A DNA stretch of 36,068 nucleotides from the IMG/VR virus record IMGVR_UViG_3300024344_002536, positions 1 to 36,068 of that record; one strand, 5' to 3'. This DNA comes from a virus (lineage: Duplodnaviria; Caudoviricetes). This document shows, piece after piece, positions 18,186 through 27,165 of the stretch (position 1 is the stretch's first letter; each line of letters starts with the position of its first letter). Made by a program: the position numbers and the translations under genes. The notes below the pieces were generated by a model. That model did no database searches, had not been told where the DNA came from, and was given only the letters and a program-made list of their open reading frames with translations.

Positions 18186-18859
18186 TGCAAGTAAATTTAA
18201 TATCAATAACTCAACCTTATGACAAAGCTACTTCGTCACATCCAGAAGAATTAATAGCTTATTGTGCGCGTGTTAGTAATCCAGAAAATCAAAATAATAC
18301 TAAAACAGCGCCGAGACTTTTAAAGTTTTTAATCAAACATAAGCATTGGTCGCCATTTGAAATGGTAGACATGACCGTAGAGATTAAGACTAGCAGAGCT
18401 ATTGCCGCGCAAATACTTAGGCATAGAAGCTTCAGCTTCCAAGAATTTAGCCAAAGGTATTCAGAGGCTCAAACCCTAGAAGAACTAGAACTCAGAGTCC
18501 AAGCTGAGAAGAACAGACAAAGCAGCAGCGAAACATTTAGAGATGGCCACTTGTTAGCTAAAGTAAGAGAGCATACCGCAAAAGGCGTAGCCCTTTACAA
18601 TGAGTTGATTAGGGCTGGAGTAGCTAAAGAGTCCGCCAGAATGATTCTACCTCTTACGACAGAGACTACTATGTATATGAAAGGGAGTATCAGAAGCTGG
18701 GCTCATTACATTGACCTACGCGCAGAACAGAACACTCAGAAAGAGCATAGAGAAATAGCTGAAGAGTGTAAGCGTATATTTGTAGAAAACTTTCCTAACG
18801 TATCTGAAGCGTTATGGGCAGTTGAACATAGAGATGGCAGATGGAATCCAAAGCATTAA
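18185..18859 (+). CDS. thyX: flavin-dependent thymidylate synthase
   Basis: HWSPFE, RHRSFSFQEFSQR ThyX motif, ESARMILP, TQKEHR. Confidence 0.96.
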   Translation: MQVNLISITQPYDKATSSHPEELIAYCARVSNPENQNNTKTAPRLLKFLIKHKHWSPFEMVDMTVEIKTSRAIAAQILRHRSFSFQEFSQRYSEAQTLEELELRVQAEKNRQSSSETFRDGHLLAKVREHTAKGVALYNELIRAGVAKESARMILPLTTETTMYMKGSIRSWAHYIDLRAEQNTQKEHREIAEECKRIFVENFPNVSEALWAVEHRDGRWNPKH

Positions 18860-19101
18860 AGAAAGCCCGAGTTATGACTCGGCCGAAGTCAAACACTCTT
18901 GACCCACAAGGAGTTGTAGTGAAGAGTAATCTTGAGAGAAGCCTAGGCATAAAATATTTAAAGAAAGTTAGCGTTGGTCGCTACATAGAAGTTGAGTTAG
19001 AAGAAGGGCCAGAAGAGGATGTTAAAAAGAATATACAAGAAGCAATAGATAAGCTACTATATAATGAGATTATTGAAGACTACGAGGTTATGTATGAATA
19101 A
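18841..19101 (+). CDS. purS: phosphoribosylformylglycinamidine synthase PurS subunit
   Basis: LDPQG, VGRYIEVEL, KLLYNEIIEDY. Confidence 0.85.
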   Translation: MESKALKKARVMTRPKSNTLDPQGVVVKSNLERSLGIKYLKKVSVGRYIEVELEEGPEEDVKKNIQEAIDKLLYNEIIEDYEVMYE

Positions 19102-19783
19102 AACAATTAATATTTTAATTTTACTCCTCCTTGGTTTAGTTTCTGCGAACGCAGGGCCTACAACACCGGGATCAATAAAAGTTACGGGAGTGACTCACAA
19201 CACAGCGAAACTTGACTGGAGCGCTTCTATAGTTATAGGGAGGACAGATCAAATTGTTTACGAGGTTAAAATGCGGACTCGAAACAGGGAAGGTAAACCT
19301 TCAGAGTGGGCCTTTCATGGAGGTTGTTGCTTAATAGCAGATAATTCAGTTATAGTCGGCGGCTTGCTACCAGAAACTACCTATGAAGTTAGAGTTGTGG
19401 CTTATGATGAAGAAGGAAGAAACAGTAAAGCTAGAATAAAAGAAAATGCTTTTAAGACTTTAAAAAAACCAACTGTTTATCAGACAATCAAAACCATTCC
19501 TGTTGGATTCTCTATGATGAGCATTCCTTTTAAATTTGGAGACAACACTGTTTTAAGTATTTTTGGAGACCTAGAGCTATTCAATGAGTATTTAACAATT
19601 TACAAATACACAACAGAAAAAGGTTTTGTCGTTAACAGCTACGACTCAGATTTCGGCTGGGACGACGAGTCAATGAAGTTAGATGCAGGAGAGGCTATAT
19701 GGATATTGAACGAGTCTCATTCAATGAGACACAGAGCTCTTAGGGGCTATGTTCCAAACAACTGGAGAAAGTTAAATGAATAA
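19094..19783 (+). CDS. secreted fibronectin type III domain protein
   Basis: Signal peptide; PTTPG..VTGVTHNTAKLDW...GLLPETTYEVRVVA FN3 pattern; ATG 19094 preferred. Confidence 0.78.
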   Translation: MNKTINILILLLLGLVSANAGPTTPGSIKVTGVTHNTAKLDWSASIVIGRTDQIVYEVKMRTRNREGKPSEWAFHGGCCLIADNSVIVGGLLPETTYEVRVVAYDEEGRNSKARIKENAFKTLKKPTVYQTIKTIPVGFSMMSIPFKFGDNTVLSIFGDLELFNEYLTIYKYTTEKGFVVNSYDSDFGWDDESMKLDAGEAIWILNESHSMRHRALRGYVPNNWRKLNE

Positions 19784-20135
19784 TAGAAGCTATAGATTTG
19801 ATATTATATACGCTATAGTCTGTCTGCTATTTGGCTGGCTGCTGGTGCAGACATTAAATGGTGATACGAAAGGGGTATTTGACCCTGACGTAGAGCTAAA
19901 GATACCGGGTCTAGTCTGTCCTTCCTGTGCTATCGGTATTAAAAATGGATTTAAAAAAACTAATTTAACTAAAACAATTAAGTTCGATGTTAAAAAAGAA
20001 ATATGTTTAATAGAATTTATAAGCATAGAAATTCATCCATCTCAGATGAGAAAAATTGTTAAAAATGCTGGCTACGAATTAAAATCTATAAAGTGGTTAA
20101 AAGATAAGAAACCTAATAGATATAATAAGCCGTGA
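19776..20135 (+). CDS. membrane-anchored heavy-metal-associated (HMA) domain protein
   Basis: N-terminal hydrophobic helix, IPGLVCPSC, VKNAGYE. Confidence 0.78.
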   Translation: MNNRSYRFDIIYAIVCLLFGWLLVQTLNGDTKGVFDPDVELKIPGLVCPSCAIGIKNGFKKTNLTKTIKFDVKKEICLIEFISIEIHPSQMRKIVKNAGYELKSIKWLKDKKPNRYNKP

Positions 20136-20668
20136 ATTTAGTTAACGATATACCAATAACAAACGACGATTTCCAACATATATCATGTGTTGTAGAAATA
20201 CCAAAAGGAACTAATACAAAATACGAATACAATGAAAAGTATAATATTTTTGAATTAGAGAGATGTCTTGTCTCTTCGCTACAATACCCAATAAATTATG
20301 GATTTGTAACTCAGACCTATGCGCTAGATAATGATCCTCTTGATGTTCTGGTATTCAATCACGACCCTATTGATAGAGGCAGTCTAGTGAGGTGTAGGCC
20401 TCTAGGGGTACTTGATTTCGTAGATGACGAAGAAATTGATTACAAGCTAATTGTGGCCCCGCATTGGTCACCTCTGGACAGGTACAGTACTTTAGATGGT
20501 ATAGAAGATAGCCACTTAAAGATATTTAAACAGTTTTTTAGAATCTATAAAATAGATCGAAGCTCCTCCACTAAAGTAGGAGAATGGAAGAACGGAAAGA
20601 AAGCTATGTCAGTTGTAAAACACGCACACGATAGATGGAAGGAGAGAATGCCTTATGGGAATGTTTGA
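20132..20668 (+). CDS. ppa: soluble inorganic pyrophosphatase (family I)
   Basis: VEIPKG..KYE, YPINYGF, DNDPLD, DYKLI, FFRIYK. Confidence 0.93.
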   Translation: MNLVNDIPITNDDFQHISCVVEIPKGTNTKYEYNEKYNIFELERCLVSSLQYPINYGFVTQTYALDNDPLDVLVFNHDPIDRGSLVRCRPLGVLDFVDDEEIDYKLIVAPHWSPLDRYSTLDGIEDSHLKIFKQFFRIYKIDRSSSTKVGEWKNGKKAMSVVKHAHDRWKERMPYGNV

Positions 20669-21191
20669 TGATATAATTGTACCAAAGTCTTATTTAAAAG
20701 GCTTGTTAACAAAAGAGCAAGAGAAGTTAGTTAAGAACAATAACTATCAAACTAAAAGCCTTGAAAACTTCTTGGGCCAATATAAAGTTTACAAACAAAA
20801 GCTCTTCGTAAAAGAGAACAAAGAGTGGGTTAAAGATACCCGCAGCGGAAAAATTAATTTCTACACATCTTTTCGTGATAAAGATGAAAACATATGGTGG
20901 AGAGAGTTTGAATTCACTTTTGTTAACGGAGTCATTGATAAAAAAGAATTAATAAAATTTGAAATAGAAGAGACTGCCGAAGAGGCAGAAGAACGAGAGA
21001 AAGATTGGGAGGTAGCTAACTCTAGAAGAAAAATATTTCAAAGAACTTTTAGGTATAGATTCTTCTCTAAGCTTACTAGACTCTTAAGAAAACTCTTGAG
21101 TTGGTCAGAACAAAAGACTTATGTAAACTATATCTCAATGCCAGCAGAGAAAAGATCAAAAGAGAAGTTAAGCTTCTGGAAACATTATTAA
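20655..21191 (+). CDS. hypothetical protein
   Basis: 178-aa ORF, MGMFD...YQTKSL pattern seen in phage hypotheticals. Confidence 0.7.
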   Translation: MGMFDDIIVPKSYLKGLLTKEQEKLVKNNNYQTKSLENFLGQYKVYKQKLFVKENKEWVKDTRSGKINFYTSFRDKDENIWWREFEFTFVNGVIDKKELIKFEIEETAEEAEEREKDWEVANSRRKIFQRTFRYRFFSKLTRLLRKLLSWSEQKTYVNYISMPAEKRSKEKLSFWKHY

Positions 21192-21436
21192 TGGACTTTC
21201 CATCAAAAGGATATAAAGAATTACGAGAAGATTGTCCAGATATACCAGCGGACACTTGCCCTCTTATAGACAGCACCCTAAAACACGTTACGGAAATAGA
21301 AGTAGCCCTAGAACAACTGAGAGATCAGAACGAAGCTTTAAGAGACGTTGGTAAATTTTGGAGAGCTACGTGTATTAACTTATTACAGGAATGTTGTGAT
21401 TTAAACAAATATATAAGAAAATTAGAAGATGAATAA
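21191..21436 (+). CDS. hypothetical coiled-coil protein
   Basis: ATG 21191 overlaps upstream TAA; TCPLID...LEQLRDQNEALR. Confidence 0.65.
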   Translation: MDFPSKGYKELREDCPDIPADTCPLIDSTLKHVTEIEVALEQLRDQNEALRDVGKFWRATCINLLQECCDLNKYIRKLEDE

Positions 21437-22412
21437 TAAAAAAGGTTTTAGTTTAATTGAGTTGTTGGTTGTTATTGCAATCATAGCTATTCTAGCTGCT
21501 CTACTCCTCCCCGCCCTTTCCAAGAGCAAGCAAAGCGCCACCAAGGCTTTATGTATTTCTAATCAAAAGCAGCTAAACTACGCAATGAGTCAGCTCGCTC
21601 TCGATTCAGATGATAAAATAGCTTACGCATCTGCTTGGCACAATGAGCCTACTGCACCTAGAGCTTGGGTTGCTGATAGTATGTCTGGCGGAAGCAGATG
21701 GAGCAAATGGGCGCAGACAGAAAGGTCTTTAATATGGTCTCCTTTATTCCAGTATGCTGGTAAAGGAATATATAGATGCCCTGAAGATAAATCCATGGTT
21801 AGCTGGAAAGGAGAAAGGTGGGGAATGGCAGAATCAGTTAATACTAATAAGAGTACTACTGTGCGAAGAGCTAGGTCTTATAGTATGAATATATTTGTAG
21901 GAGGGTGGTCTGGTTGGCCCTTCCTAAGTGACACTCAGTATAAAGTGCATCACAAATACTCAGACATAAGTGACGCAAGTAATTTATTTTCTTTTATTGA
22001 AATGCCTGCTGAATCAATTAACGCTGGAAACTTTAGGGTTACTCCCACGCTAACAGGCAAAGAATCTGTTTTTTCTATGGATTGGCCCGGCGTATATCAT
22101 ATTAATGGGTCGGTGATATCATTTACAGATGGGCATGCAGAGTTTAGAAGGTGGCTGGAAGAGGATACTATAGTAATCCCCCAATCTGTACAGAACCCTA
22201 CTACTAGGAAAGATATAGTTGTCAGTCCAAATAATAGAGACTTAAAATGGTTGCAAGATAAAGCTGTAGTTCCAGATCCTAATGATCATAATTGGTACGG
22301 TTGGATGGGAGGAATAGGAAGATACGATTGGAATATCAGAGAAATGGAAGGACCGCTAGGAGGAACTAAAAATTACGCAGCTTGGGGATGGTATTGGGAC
22401 GATGAATGGTAA
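21429..22412 (+). CDS. prepilin-type N-terminal cleavage/methylation protein with H-X9-DG C-terminal motif
   Basis: KKG/FSLIELLVVIAIIAILAALLLPAL, C.SNQKQL, YRCPED, SYSMN, HINGSVISFTDGH. Confidence 0.9.
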   Translation: MNNKKGFSLIELLVVIAIIAILAALLLPALSKSKQSATKALCISNQKQLNYAMSQLALDSDDKIAYASAWHNEPTAPRAWVADSMSGGSRWSKWAQTERSLIWSPLFQYAGKGIYRCPEDKSMVSWKGERWGMAESVNTNKSTTVRRARSYSMNIFVGGWSGWPFLSDTQYKVHHKYSDISDASNLFSFIEMPAESINAGNFRVTPTLTGKESVFSMDWPGVYHINGSVISFTDGHAEFRRWLEEDTIVIPQSVQNPTTRKDIVVSPNNRDLKWLQDKAVVPDPNDHNWYGWMGGIGRYDWNIREMEGPLGGTKNYAAWGWYWDDEW

Positions 22413-22687
22413 TGAATAGCAGCTTTACATTGTTAGAGTTACTATTGACCATAGCGGTCATAGCTCTACTTTGTAGTTTATCCCTTCAAAGCTATGCCAA
22501 TGCAAAGAGAAGAGCTCAGATAGCCGCATGCCAAATACATAAAAAACAAGTAGATATGTTAAGAAATATGCCCGAGTATAATGTAACTAGATTACAGCCA
22601 GAAGATATAGAAACACTAGTTAAAGTTTATGATCGATGCTACGAATGTCACGCATCAGCAAGTGTCCCATTTTATTACGTACAATGA
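22412..22687 (+). CDS. short prepilin-type protein with CxxCH motif
   Basis: SS/FTLLELLLTIAVIALL N-terminus; CYECH near C-terminus; ATG 22412 overlaps upstream TAA. Confidence 0.75.
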   Translation: MNSSFTLLELLLTIAVIALLCSLSLQSYANAKRRAQIAACQIHKKQVDMLRNMPEYNVTRLQPEDIETLVKVYDRCYECHASASVPFYYVQ

Positions 22688-23373
22688 AAAAATTATTATT
22701 ACCCCTTTTATTGGCTAGCTCCGTTTCGGCAGAGCAGAGAGACTATAGCGGAATTGCAGATAGAAACGCCTTCGCATTACTAGATAAAGAGCCTGCTAAA
22801 TTTGAGCTACCAAAGATCCTTGAAAAACCTCCTATTAAATTAAATCTTACTGGCATAATGGCATACAGAGGTGAGACCAATGTATACCTTTTCTCAAAAG
22901 ATATACCTAAAAGATTTTTAACTCTGAATAGTAAACGGAGAACAGACTCAGGCGTGACTTTATTGAGTGTCAGCAGAGGTCTAGCAGAGGTTAATAATAA
23001 CGGAGTAGTAGAGCTTCTATCTTTTGATACTCACAAGTTGCCATCTACTACTACTATCTCTCCACTTTCCAAACCAACAGTTATTAAAAAAGATAAAAAA
23101 GAAAGTTCCAAGAGAGAAGGCTCTAAGTCTGTCAAAGTCTTACCGACACCACCACAACCGAACATAATTAAAGTTCCATCCAGAAGACCTAAGGTTGACC
23201 CTAGAATCATCCAAAAAGGGTTAGAGTATATAGATAGGATAGACGATAAAGAAAAGAGAGAATATATTCTTAAAAGGTTAGAAGGACTTCAGAGCGGCCA
23301 GAGTAGCTTAAACAGAAAGATTGACACTAATGAAAGACGACGACAGTATGACGAGCGTAGGAGAGATAAGTGA
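22684..23373 (+). CDS. secreted protein, possibly GspC/PilP-like
   Basis: Signal peptide ending VSA; RNAFAL...PPIKLNLTGI...GVTLLSV...VNNNG resembles T2SS protein C HR-type domains. Confidence 0.55.
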   Translation: MKKLLLPLLLASSVSAEQRDYSGIADRNAFALLDKEPAKFELPKILEKPPIKLNLTGIMAYRGETNVYLFSKDIPKRFLTLNSKRRTDSGVTLLSVSRGLAEVNNNGVVELLSFDTHKLPSTTTISPLSKPTVIKKDKKESSKREGSKSVKVLPTPPQPNIIKVPSRRPKVDPRIIQKGLEYIDRIDDKEKREYILKRLEGLQSGQSSLNRKIDTNERRRQYDERRRDK

Positions 23374-23582
23374 GAATAAGAAAAGATAATTTAATTGAGT
23401 TTGTTAATATTGTTAACGAATGTTGTGAGATAATGGATCATGACAATGTAGCAAATTGGTTGCTGACACCAAATCGGGACTTGAATATGGAGATGCCTAT
23501 AGACTTATTGGAGACCGGAGTTGGTAGAGAGAGGATTTACAGGCTTCTTTATTTTATTGATATAGGCGAGGCAGACTTGTGA
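23370..23582 (+). CDS. stand-alone antitoxin Xre/MbcA/ParS C-terminal (DUF2384-like) domain
   Basis: WLLTPNRDL....PIDLLET..GRERIYRLL matches the W.xxP.xxL...P.xLL.T..G pattern. Confidence 0.75.
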   Translation: MRIRKDNLIEFVNIVNECCEIMDHDNVANWLLTPNRDLNMEMPIDLLETGVGRERIYRLLYFIDIGEADL

Positions 23583-23701
23583 GTCCTTGCAGTAAATGTA
23601 AGAAAGATTTTAAAGAAATTAACTTGACTTGGATACAAGTTAAAGGTAAGATAAAGCTATATTGTGATGAGTGTATTAGCAAAAGCAAAAAGAGTAGATA
23701 A
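23579..23701 (+). CDS. 40-aa zinc-ribbon microprotein (not in ORF track)
   Basis: GTG overlapping upstream TGA; MSPCSKCKKDFKEINLTWIQVKGKIKLYCDECISKSKKSR*; two CxxC. Confidence 0.55.
   Translation: MSPCSKCKKDFKEINLTWIQVKGKIKLYCDECISKSKKSR
23624..23652 (+). promoter_or_regulatory. sigma70-type promoter with inverted repeat TTAACTTG-N9-CAAGTTAA (23619-23643)
   Basis: TTGACT-17bp-TAAGAT. Confidence 0.6.
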
Positions 23702-24056
23702 AGATTGGGGCTATGAGATATGGATGGCCAACAATGAGAAAGAAAACTACTGCGGTAAGATTCTTAAAATTAACTTCCCTCATTCTACATCAATGCATCT
23801 TCATAAGAATAAACACGAAACATTTTATATCTTAGAGGGTAGCTTAGACATAGAAATTATTTGTACTGTTACTACAGAGAAATATACAAAGACTATAAAC
23901 GAGGGAGAAGTATTTGTATTAGATAGGTTGATTCCTCATCGGCTAATAGCCAACAAAAGCGGAGGCGTAAAGTTTGTGGAGATAAGCACCTTTCATGAAG
24001 ATAGCGATAGCTACAGGCTCTACCGTGAACTCCCAAAACAACTTTCAATAACATGA
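23667..24056 (+). CDS. cupin-domain protein (mannose-6-phosphate isomerase-like)
   Basis: KDWGYEIW, YCGKIL, SMHLHKNKHETFYILEG, PHRL, EIST. Confidence 0.8.
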   Translation: MSVLAKAKRVDKDWGYEIWMANNEKENYCGKILKINFPHSTSMHLHKNKHETFYILEGSLDIEIICTVTTEKYTKTINEGEVFVLDRLIPHRLIANKSGGVKFVEISTFHEDSDSYRLYRELPKQLSIT

Positions 24057-24301
24057 AGAAATATATATTAGCATTTTTAGCATTTGTAGGCTTAAACCTT
24101 GCGGGACTTTTCTGCTTAGGGTTTGCAGTAGGAGTAGTTATGGCCATCGGTGGAGAAACAAACGCAGAGGGGCTTGAGCAAGCCGCTTGGTTTAATCTTT
24201 TGATTCTCTTTGTTTGGCCAATAATTTCATTCTTCGCTTTTAAATTGTCTATACAGAAAATTATACTGAAGACTAAAGACGAAGACTCAAAACTTTTTTA
24301 A
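24053..24301 (+). CDS. small membrane protein
   Basis: Two hydrophobic segments; ATGA overlap with upstream gene. Confidence 0.7.
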   Translation: MKKYILAFLAFVGLNLAGLFCLGFAVGVVMAIGGETNAEGLEQAAWFNLLILFVWPIISFFAFKLSIQKIILKTKDEDSKLF

Positions 24302-24302
24302 T

Positions 24303-24527
24303 ATGTTTGTGGAATTAACAGAAATAGTAGTGAGAGATAAAATATCATCTCATTTATCAAAACCAAAAGAGAGAGCGCTCTCTGTCAACCCATCCAAAAT
24401 TCAATCTTTTTATGAAGATGAAGCTGGCCGTACAGTCCTTGAACTAAGGAGAGACACTATAAAAGTTAAACAAAATTACGAAGAGGTAAAATATGCCATT
24501 CAAGCGACAGCCAAGTCCAATTCCTAG
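24303..24527 (+). CDS. hypothetical protein, FlbD-like pattern
   Basis: MFVELT...VNPSKI...TVL...IKVKQNYEEV. Confidence 0.6.
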   Translation: MFVELTEIVVRDKISSHLSKPKERALSVNPSKIQSFYEDEAGRTVLELRRDTIKVKQNYEEVKYAIQATAKSNS

Positions 24528-24735
24528 AGGAGCAACTCATATCAGACTCGTAACAGACGAGGGTAAGATGTCTGAGTCTGACGTTAAGAACATAGATTGG
24601 GTATTTAGTTACCCATTTAGATGCCCCGGCAAGTTAGTCTTTTTAAAGAAAGTTAGAAATGGTTTTAAAGAATTGGATTCTATTGAATTCGATGGAGTAT
24701 GGCCACCAAAAGACAAGCCTCAAGTAATAACATGA
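24493..24735 (+). CDS. hypothetical protein
   Basis: 80-aa ORF; stop overlaps purT ATG. Confidence 0.65.
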   Translation: MPFKRQPSPIPRGATHIRLVTDEGKMSESDVKNIDWVFSYPFRCPGKLVFLKKVRNGFKELDSIEFDGVWPPKDKPQVIT

Positions 24736-25955
24736 GTACAGAAATAGGTACTCCCTTTTCTCAAAGCGCTACGAAAGTAATGCTTTGCGGCAGCGGAGAG
24801 TTAGGTAAAGAGGTAGTTATAGAGTTGCAGAGACTTGGAGTCGAAGTGACAGCAATCGACTCTTATGAGAATGCTCCTGCGATGCAAGTTGCAGATAATT
24901 CTTATGTCGTTAATATGCTTGACGCAGATAGCCTTAGAGAAACAATTAAAAAGGTCATGCCTCATTATATAATTCCAGAGGTTGAAGCTATAGCTACAGA
25001 TGTATTCATAGAAGCAGCAGCAAATGGAATAAAAGTAATTCCAGATGCCTCGGCAGTTAAGCTTACTATGAACAGAGAAGGCATAAGAACATTGGCCGCA
25101 GAGACTCTCGGATTAAATACTTCTAAATATAAATTCGCGAGCAATAAAGAGCAATTCATAGATGCTGTAATAAATAAAATAGGCATACCATGTATAGTGA
25201 AGCCAATTATGTCATCTAGTGGTAAAGGTCAAAGCACAATTAAAAGTGCCGCAGACATTGATCCTGCTTGGGAATACGCGCAGTCTGGAGGTCGTGCTGG
25301 AGCAGGGAAAGTCATCGTCGAAGAACTTATAGACTTCGATTATGAGATTACTTTGCTTACTGTAAGGCATACAGCAGACTACGTTGGACGCTGGCCCGGG
25401 GCAGTCGCCACAAGTTTTTGCGAGCCTATAGGTCATAAACAAATAGGTGGAGATTATGTTGAATCTTGGCAACCACACCCAATGACAACTCAAGCTCTTG
25501 AAAGTGCCAAAACGATAGCTAGATCAATTACAGATGCTTTAGGTGGCTACGGAGTGTTTGGAGTAGAGTTGTTTGTAAAATACGATGAAGTTTGGTTTTC
25601 TGAAGTTTCTCCTCGCCCACATGATACAGGGTTAGTTACCCTCATCTCTCAAGATTTGTCTGAATTTGCTCTGCATGTTAGAGCCGTATTAGGCTTACCT
25701 ATACCAAATATTACGCAACACGGGCCTAGTGCTTCTCATGTAATTAAGGTAGAAGGCTCTGGAAATAATATATTGTTTTCAAATTTAGATAAAGCCTTGA
25801 GACATACTGATACCCAGTTAAGGCTATTCGGCAAACCTAGCATTAACGGAGAGCGTCGAATGGGAGTCGTCATGGCTCGCGGAGATAGTATTCAAGAAGC
25901 TAGGGACAAAGCTAAAAGAGTTGTAAGCGACATAGAAGTAGACTTTTTCTCTTGA
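24732..25955 (+). CDS. purT: formate-dependent phosphoribosylglycinamide formyltransferase
   Basis: [59 protein letters not shown]...RRMGV. Confidence 0.96.
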   Translation: MSTEIGTPFSQSATKVMLCGSGELGKEVVIELQRLGVEVTAIDSYENAPAMQVADNSYVVNMLDADSLRETIKKVMPHYIIPEVEAIATDVFIEAAANGIKVIPDASAVKLTMNREGIRTLAAETLGLNTSKYKFASNKEQFIDAVINKIGIPCIVKPIMSSSGKGQSTIKSAADIDPAWEYAQSGGRAGAGKVIVEELIDFDYEITLLTVRHTADYVGRWPGAVATSFCEPIGHKQIGGDYVESWQPHPMTTQALESAKTIARSITDALGGYGVFGVELFVKYDEVWFSEVSPRPHDTGLVTLISQDLSEFALHVRAVLGLPIPNITQHGPSASHVIKVEGSGNNILFSNLDKALRHTDTQLRLFGKPSINGERRMGVVMARGDSIQEARDKAKRVVSDIEVDFFS

Positions 25956-26031
25956 GCCCCGATGGCCGAATGGATAAGGCAACAGCCTTCTAAGCTGTAG
26001 ATTCTAGGTTCGAGTCCTAGTCGGGGTACCA
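25956..26031 (+). tRNA. tRNA-Arg (anticodon TCT)
   Basis: Acceptor GCCCCGA/TCGGGGT, anticodon arm ACAGC-CTTCTAA-GCTGT, T arm CTAGG-TTCGAGT-CCTAG, encoded ACCA; 76 nt. Confidence 0.96.
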
Positions 26032-26039
26032 TTTTTAGC

Positions 26040-26068
26040 TTGACTTATTGTTAAGCTTACATTAACAT
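26040..26068 (+). promoter_or_regulatory. sigma70-type promoter with near-perfect dyad AGCTTGA-N7-TTAAGCT
   Basis: TTGACT-17bp-TAACAT, 8 nt before ATG. Confidence 0.65.
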
Positions 26069-26076
26069 AAAGAAAT

Positions 26077-26316
26077 ATGAAGCAGTTCATTAATTACGAG
26101 TATATGATAACTCCGGGAGTCGTAAAGATTCTGAGTTACATTGGAATGGTGGTGGCCCTAGTGGCTGGCCTTCTTAGTATGACGGTAGATCCGTTGACAG
26201 GAATTGGTACAGCTATATTAGGACCAATCGTGGTTCGCATTTACGCAGAGGTTCTCTTGGTTATCTTTGAGATTCAAAAGACTCTAACTCAAATTCGAGA
26301 TGGAAAGTCAAATTAG
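26077..26316 (+). CDS. DUF4282-like membrane protein
   Basis: MITPGVVKILSYIG...VRIYAEVLLVIFEI...LTQI. Confidence 0.7.
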   Translation: MKQFINYEYMITPGVVKILSYIGMVVALVAGLLSMTVDPLTGIGTAILGPIVVRIYAEVLLVIFEIQKTLTQIRDGKSN

Positions 26317-26569
26317 TCAAGTCTCCGGACTCCAGCTAGTATTAGCCTTACCTTCACTAGTATGTCTTATAATAGTTTGGGTATCGATGTTCAAGCAGGG
26401 CAAGACTGGTCTTGGCGTAGCCTCTATTATCCTAACTTTTGTTTGTGGCATAGGAAGCCTTATCGCATTTGTTTGGGGTTGGATGAATGGCAATGCTGAC
26501 ACCAAAGTCATGGTAGCTTGGACTATTCTAACTATCACTAGCATTATAGTAGGAGCCGCAGGTCTTTAA
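26300..26569 (+). CDS. small membrane protein (about 3 TM)
   Basis: Hydrophobic segments, CGIGSLIAFVWGW. Confidence 0.7.
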   Translation: MESQISQVSGLQLVLALPSLVCLIIVWVSMFKQGKTGLGVASIILTFVCGIGSLIAFVWGWMNGNADTKVMVAWTILTITSIIVGAAGL

Positions 26570-26625
26570 TATATTGAGTATATTAACCCAAATAGAGATA
26601 ACAAAGTTAAAATCAAGAATTAAAT

Positions 26626-27165
26626 ATGTTTATCAAAAAATATTTAACCCTAGTAGCCTTAAGTGCGATTGCCCTGTCTGCTCACGCAGAAGAGAGTAAG
26701 GAGCTTAAGTTCTTAGGCAAAACAGTCATCCACGAAAATGGAAGTTGGGTGAACCCTAACGAACCAAAGTTTGAGGCGAAGAAGCCTTCTACTTGGTTTA
26801 AGAGGAATTACGTCCGTCATTACATGCAAGGTTCTCAAGAGATAACTGATTCAATCATTAAATTTGATTGGTCTAAGCTCAAGGAAGCCGCAAAGACTGG
26901 CGAAAAGGTCAAGCTTAATGAAGTCGTATCTTTATTTAAATTTAAAAATACGATTAAAGCAGCTAAAGAACATCCAGAAGCAGTAGCTGTCCCTGTCGGA
27001 ATGGCTGCTGGCTCCGCTGTTGAAGGCAGCAAAGGCACTGTTGTTGCGACAGTAGGTTTAGCTAAGAATGTCTTGACGACAAGCCTGAAAGTTATTAAGT
27101 TCGTAAGCACTCCCGTAAGAAAAATTATACCGATTAAGGTTGAGTCCACGAACACTAACAACTAA
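26626..27165 (+). CDS. secreted hypothetical protein
   Basis: Signal peptide ending AHA. Confidence 0.7.
   Translation: MFIKKYLTLVALSAIALSAHAEESKELKFLGKTVIHENGSWVNPNEPKFEAKKPSTWFKRNYVRHYMQGSQEITDSIIKFDWSKLKEAAKTGEKVKLNEVVSLFKFKNTIKAAKEHPEAVAVPVGMAAGSAVEGSKGTVVATVGLAKNVLTTSLKVIKFVSTPVRKIIPIKVESTNTNN

Noticed and set aside
26575-26700. Possible TTG-start ~41-codon ORF ending in CDCPVC
   Set aside because: Largely overlaps the signal-peptide region of ORF 26626, has no coupling or RBS; likely chance
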